From Eimeria praecox (taxonomy: Eukaryota), in the NCBI GenBank assembly GCA_963920595.1, contig OY986946.1, forward strand, positions 992,001 through 1,056,000: a stretch of DNA of 64,000 nt, given 5' to 3'. Positions within the stretch are counted from its first letter, which is position 1, and every line of letters begins with the position of its first letter. The notes under the pieces were generated by a model. That model was not told where the DNA came from and ran no database searches. It was given only the letters and a program-made list of their open reading frames with translations. Below are positions 60,660 to 64,000 of the stretch, piece after piece. Both the position numbers and the translations under genes were made by a program.

Positions 60660-63600
60660 TTATGTCGCTGATCGCATGCATGCGGTCAGCTTCCTTACCT
60701 TACTTAACCCTGCAGATTATAGAAAGAGAAGCATGTTTGCAATCATCATGTGTTCTCTCTCCTCCTTGCTAGCCTGAGGCCCTGCATGAGACCCACCTTT
60801 AGACTAGAGGGGCCTCTGCTCTCTTGAGTGCTCTGTAGGCCGGAGGTGCTACAGTTCACCAGGGGAAACGCTGCAGTGCACTCTGTGTCGCATGCACTGT
60901 CTGGAGTAGGCATGCGTGCTTATATATGCTTGCAGACCCCCAAATGACAGACAATTGAGTGCTTAACAATTGTCAGCGGTGTTCGTGCACGCACCACAAG
61001 GGGGGTTGGTTATGATCAACTGTGGAGTTGCCTTGCGGCCAGAGATGCAACGAAGTGTGCTGAAACTTATGGCATGTAAACACACCTCACGGGCAGGCCC
61101 AGGCATTTGTTCTATCCGTAAACATTTGTATACTAAAGAAAAACGTTAGCTGCTTTCTGGATACGCTTCCAAGTGTCTTGACGCTCTTGCCGCGCGCTAG
61201 CTCGTCGGTTCAGGTGGATGACTCCTGTTGTGTCTTGCAGCACCTCGTGCATCAGAGAGGCTGGCGCGAGCTAGGAAGCTAACCCCTCGCAGCACGAGGG
61301 ACCTGGCGTACCGGTGTAACTAATCGCGAAGGCTCTTGCCTTGCCGAAAAAATTAGATATTCTTCCGAAAACCTTTATCAAACGTTCACCTTTCCATCCC
61401 CTCTAATAGAGGATCTATTCAAGGGGTAACGGAAAGAAGGAATCTACAAGCATTCTCCTTTTGGAATGTATGCAGCCCACGACTGGGTAACTCGATGCGC
61501 CGGAGTGGTGGTGATAGCTGCAGCCCACCCAGCCGGTAATGTTTTCACCGCGAAAGCAATTCAATACCTTGGTCAAATTGTAAGTGCCATGGAAACCAGT
61601 TTCCGAGGCTTGAAGGAGGTGTACATTTGCCGTCAAAGCGTGCTTGAAGTGCTCCACTTGTTATTTATATATATTTTAAATGAGCACGAGGAGGGAGGAT
61701 GATGGCTCCACCTAACAAAGGGTACCTGTTTTCAGAGTACAGACAAATTATGGATGCTTGCTATGCTTGGCTCAGTGTATGCTAATCCCACGAAAGATGA
61801 GGCAGCAGGCTGCAGAGAAACCTTAAACCCGCAAAATATCGACGGTTGTACGTTATTCCTTGGGCCCAGAGTCCATCGGTGGATCGGGGCTTGTACATTG
61901 ATGATTCATTGCAAGGCTATCCCGTGGAGGGAGGCGGTCGGTACCTGGTTGGCCTCGGGGGTAAAAGGGAGGTGGGAAAGCTCATTGGTGAAACGTTGGA
62001 ACTTTCCGGTATGGCGTAATACTCACGAATCCAAAAGAAGAAATCTCCAATTCAGACACCGAAGCTAAGAGGGCGAAAAATGCTTTTAAACGCGACCAAG
62101 ATACGAAATCTACTGCTACTGTAGTTGTGAATGCCAGCTTTCCTCAGGAAAAGATAAGAGGAGAGAGGCCGCAGCCGCCTATTTAGCCATTCACGAGCTA
62201 AGGAAATTGATGCGCAAGAACTCGACATCTCTGCCAAAGGCGGCCAGCACGGAACAGGGCAAAACGCCCTGGTCCTCGCGTAACGAGTGGAGCACTGATT
62301 GGGCAGCAAGATGTGGCAACCTCACCTTCAGGTTCTTCTCGGGACAACTCAGTGCCTGGCCGAGTTTACTGTAGTAGTCGCGAGCTACCAGCCCTACTTG
62401 ACTCGCACTGCGAACATCTGGTATCTGAAGCTAGGGAGCTGAGGTTCAGCCGGTTTGTCTATTGGCTGGCCCTGCAACTAGGTTTTCCTGACGGTGAATA
62501 AGATACCAGCCTCGAGAAAAACATACGCACAAAACAAGAGCTCAATTCGGGAGTTGATCATATTACCATTAAGGGATTTTGACCCTGCCACAGCTCACCA
62601 GGAAATAGCCTCACGCTTTCAGCGATTGGTTTAGCGTAAGCCGCAAGTGCGGCTTCCAGAAGATGCTTTCGATGTCTACGTGCTGGCCAGAGAGTGCGCC
62701 TGTAAGCGCTCCAGCATCTGCATTCTCTAGTGTAAGAGAAAGGGATTCAGTCTCCCAATCAGGGAGGAGTAAGGAGAGTCCAACGGCGGAGAAATGCGTA
62801 CACTCCGCCGTGATCGAACCATAAAGACACAAAAATGCTTTCTCTTCAATTAACTCCCCAGGAACTACAGTAGTTTATATACATGAAGGAAGGGTTCCCA
62901 TATGCGCTAACTCGATGCAGTGTTTACGGCCTCCAGCGAACGGCTCAATACAACGTTATTATTTCACTATCTCTGGATCCTAAAGGCTTACACCAAGGTT
63001 CAAGCGGCAATCTCATCTTGAAGTAGCAGTTGAGAAGCAAGCGGCAACACGCTAAGAAATTCTACGCTCAACTGCTAAGTACTTCGAAGGCGGCGCTGTA
63101 TGTTTAGGATGCTGCGCATGCTCATTCGCGCACTCCTTAGTCCACTCGAGGCACACCGATGCACGAAATATCCCGACCAATAATACATGTGAGCTCAACT
63201 ATCCAAACAAACCCCTTCAAGCCTCTTCCCCATCATTGGCTTCCATTGTACTCACCAAACCCACCACACCGCCAATTCCAACCCACCCACTGCACAACTC
63301 CGACCGATTCACAAAAAACCTACCACCTCTGAGTATGCACTAACAAGAATCAAGCCTGCGAGTGAGCACCTTCCTCATCACTTCTGCTACCCTTGTGTAG
63401 CAGCGATCGGGAGACTGTGTGTATCGGTGTGGCTCGAGTGGAGTGAGGATTATGCAACGACATGAAGTATTTGTGGAGCACTTGCTTGTATTAAGGCGGT
63501 TAGGTTTGTGTTTGTTTACGTGTATCTAGAGGAGGAGTGTGTACGTGGGGATATTATGGAATGGGTGCGTGACTAGTTGAATTTCGCAGAGATAATGTGT

Positions 63601-63693
63601 ATGAGCATAGCGTAAGCATAGGAACGATGTGTTGATGATGCCGAGGGGTACGTTTGTGCATATAGAGATGATGGCAGAAGTGTGGGCGAGGCA

Positions 63694-63776
63694 GCACGGA
63701 TGCCCGAGTGGTTAAGGGGGTGGACTTAAGTTCCCCTGATCGGAAGATCGCGTGGGTTCGAACCCCACTCCGTGCA
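63694..63776 (+). tRNA. trnL-UAA: tRNA-Leu, anticodon TAA (83 nt, long variable arm, no intron)
   Basis: Acceptor stem GCACGGA/TCCGTGC plus discriminator A; D-arm CCC-GAGTGGTTAA-GGG; anticodon loop CT-TAA-GT; variable arm GATC-GGAA-GATC; T-arm GTGGG-TTCGAAC-CCCAC. Confidence 0.93.
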
Positions 63777-64000
63777 GACCACTGGCTCTTGAAAGGGCCC
63801 TCCTTGTTCGTCCTTCAAGGACGAGCTTATTGTGCTGCTATGGAGTACCAATATAATTGCTTTCCCAGTGCACAAAAGTATCCCTACAGAGCTTAAGTGG
63901 CATGCTTTGCTCGGCCTAGGACGCGACACTGCACGGGTACGTTAGTCCACGAGCATTACAATGGGTTCTTCGCTGAGCCTCTGGCAGATGAAATCTTCAT

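Noticed and set aside
61415..62832. Short ORFs (60-104 aa) in the repeat-poor segment, considered as a gene or retroelement remnant
   Set aside because: No reverse transcriptase, integrase or other motif recognised and no consistent exon chain could be built. A translated search would be needed to exclude a decayed element.
63080..63165. Possible second tRNA on the minus strand (TGCCTCGAGTGGACTAAGGAG)
   Set aside because: Only a D-arm/A-box-like string; no matching acceptor stem, anticodon arm or GTTCRA T-loop found.

Overview
Eukaryotic, intron-rich DNA with the signature of a coccidian apicomplexan, most likely an Eimeria species (species not determinable): dense CAG/CTG tracts, interstitial (AAACCCT)n telomere-like repeats, TGCATGCA octamers and AGCT/TA/TTTA microsatellites. 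Almost all ORFs in the supplied track are repeat artefacts. Manual splicing gives seven protein genes: a very large MED14-like Mediator subunit (-, runs off the left edge), a leader-bearing YCII-like protein (+), ribulose-phosphate 3-epimerase (-), AP-4 beta adaptin (-, about 21 exons), a coiled-coil hypothetical (-), F-actin capping protein alpha (+) and an IMP2-like protein (-). A tRNA-Leu(TAA) lies in a repeat-poor segment that begins near 60.7 kb. The most unusual signals concern splicing architecture: (1) tandem copies of 'exon 3-prime end + splice donor' in introns of three different genes; (2) AP4B introns bracketed by complementary telomeric tracts in a fixed order; (3) a 5-nt micro-exon that completes the conserved RPE DVMDGHF motif; (4) GC-AG introns; (5) a recurring GGTGTA-N2-KACACC palindrome and an 80-bp perfect palindrome. 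Exon boundaries were derived by eye from frame and GT/AG logic with no transcript data. Family calls come from remembered motifs, not database searches.
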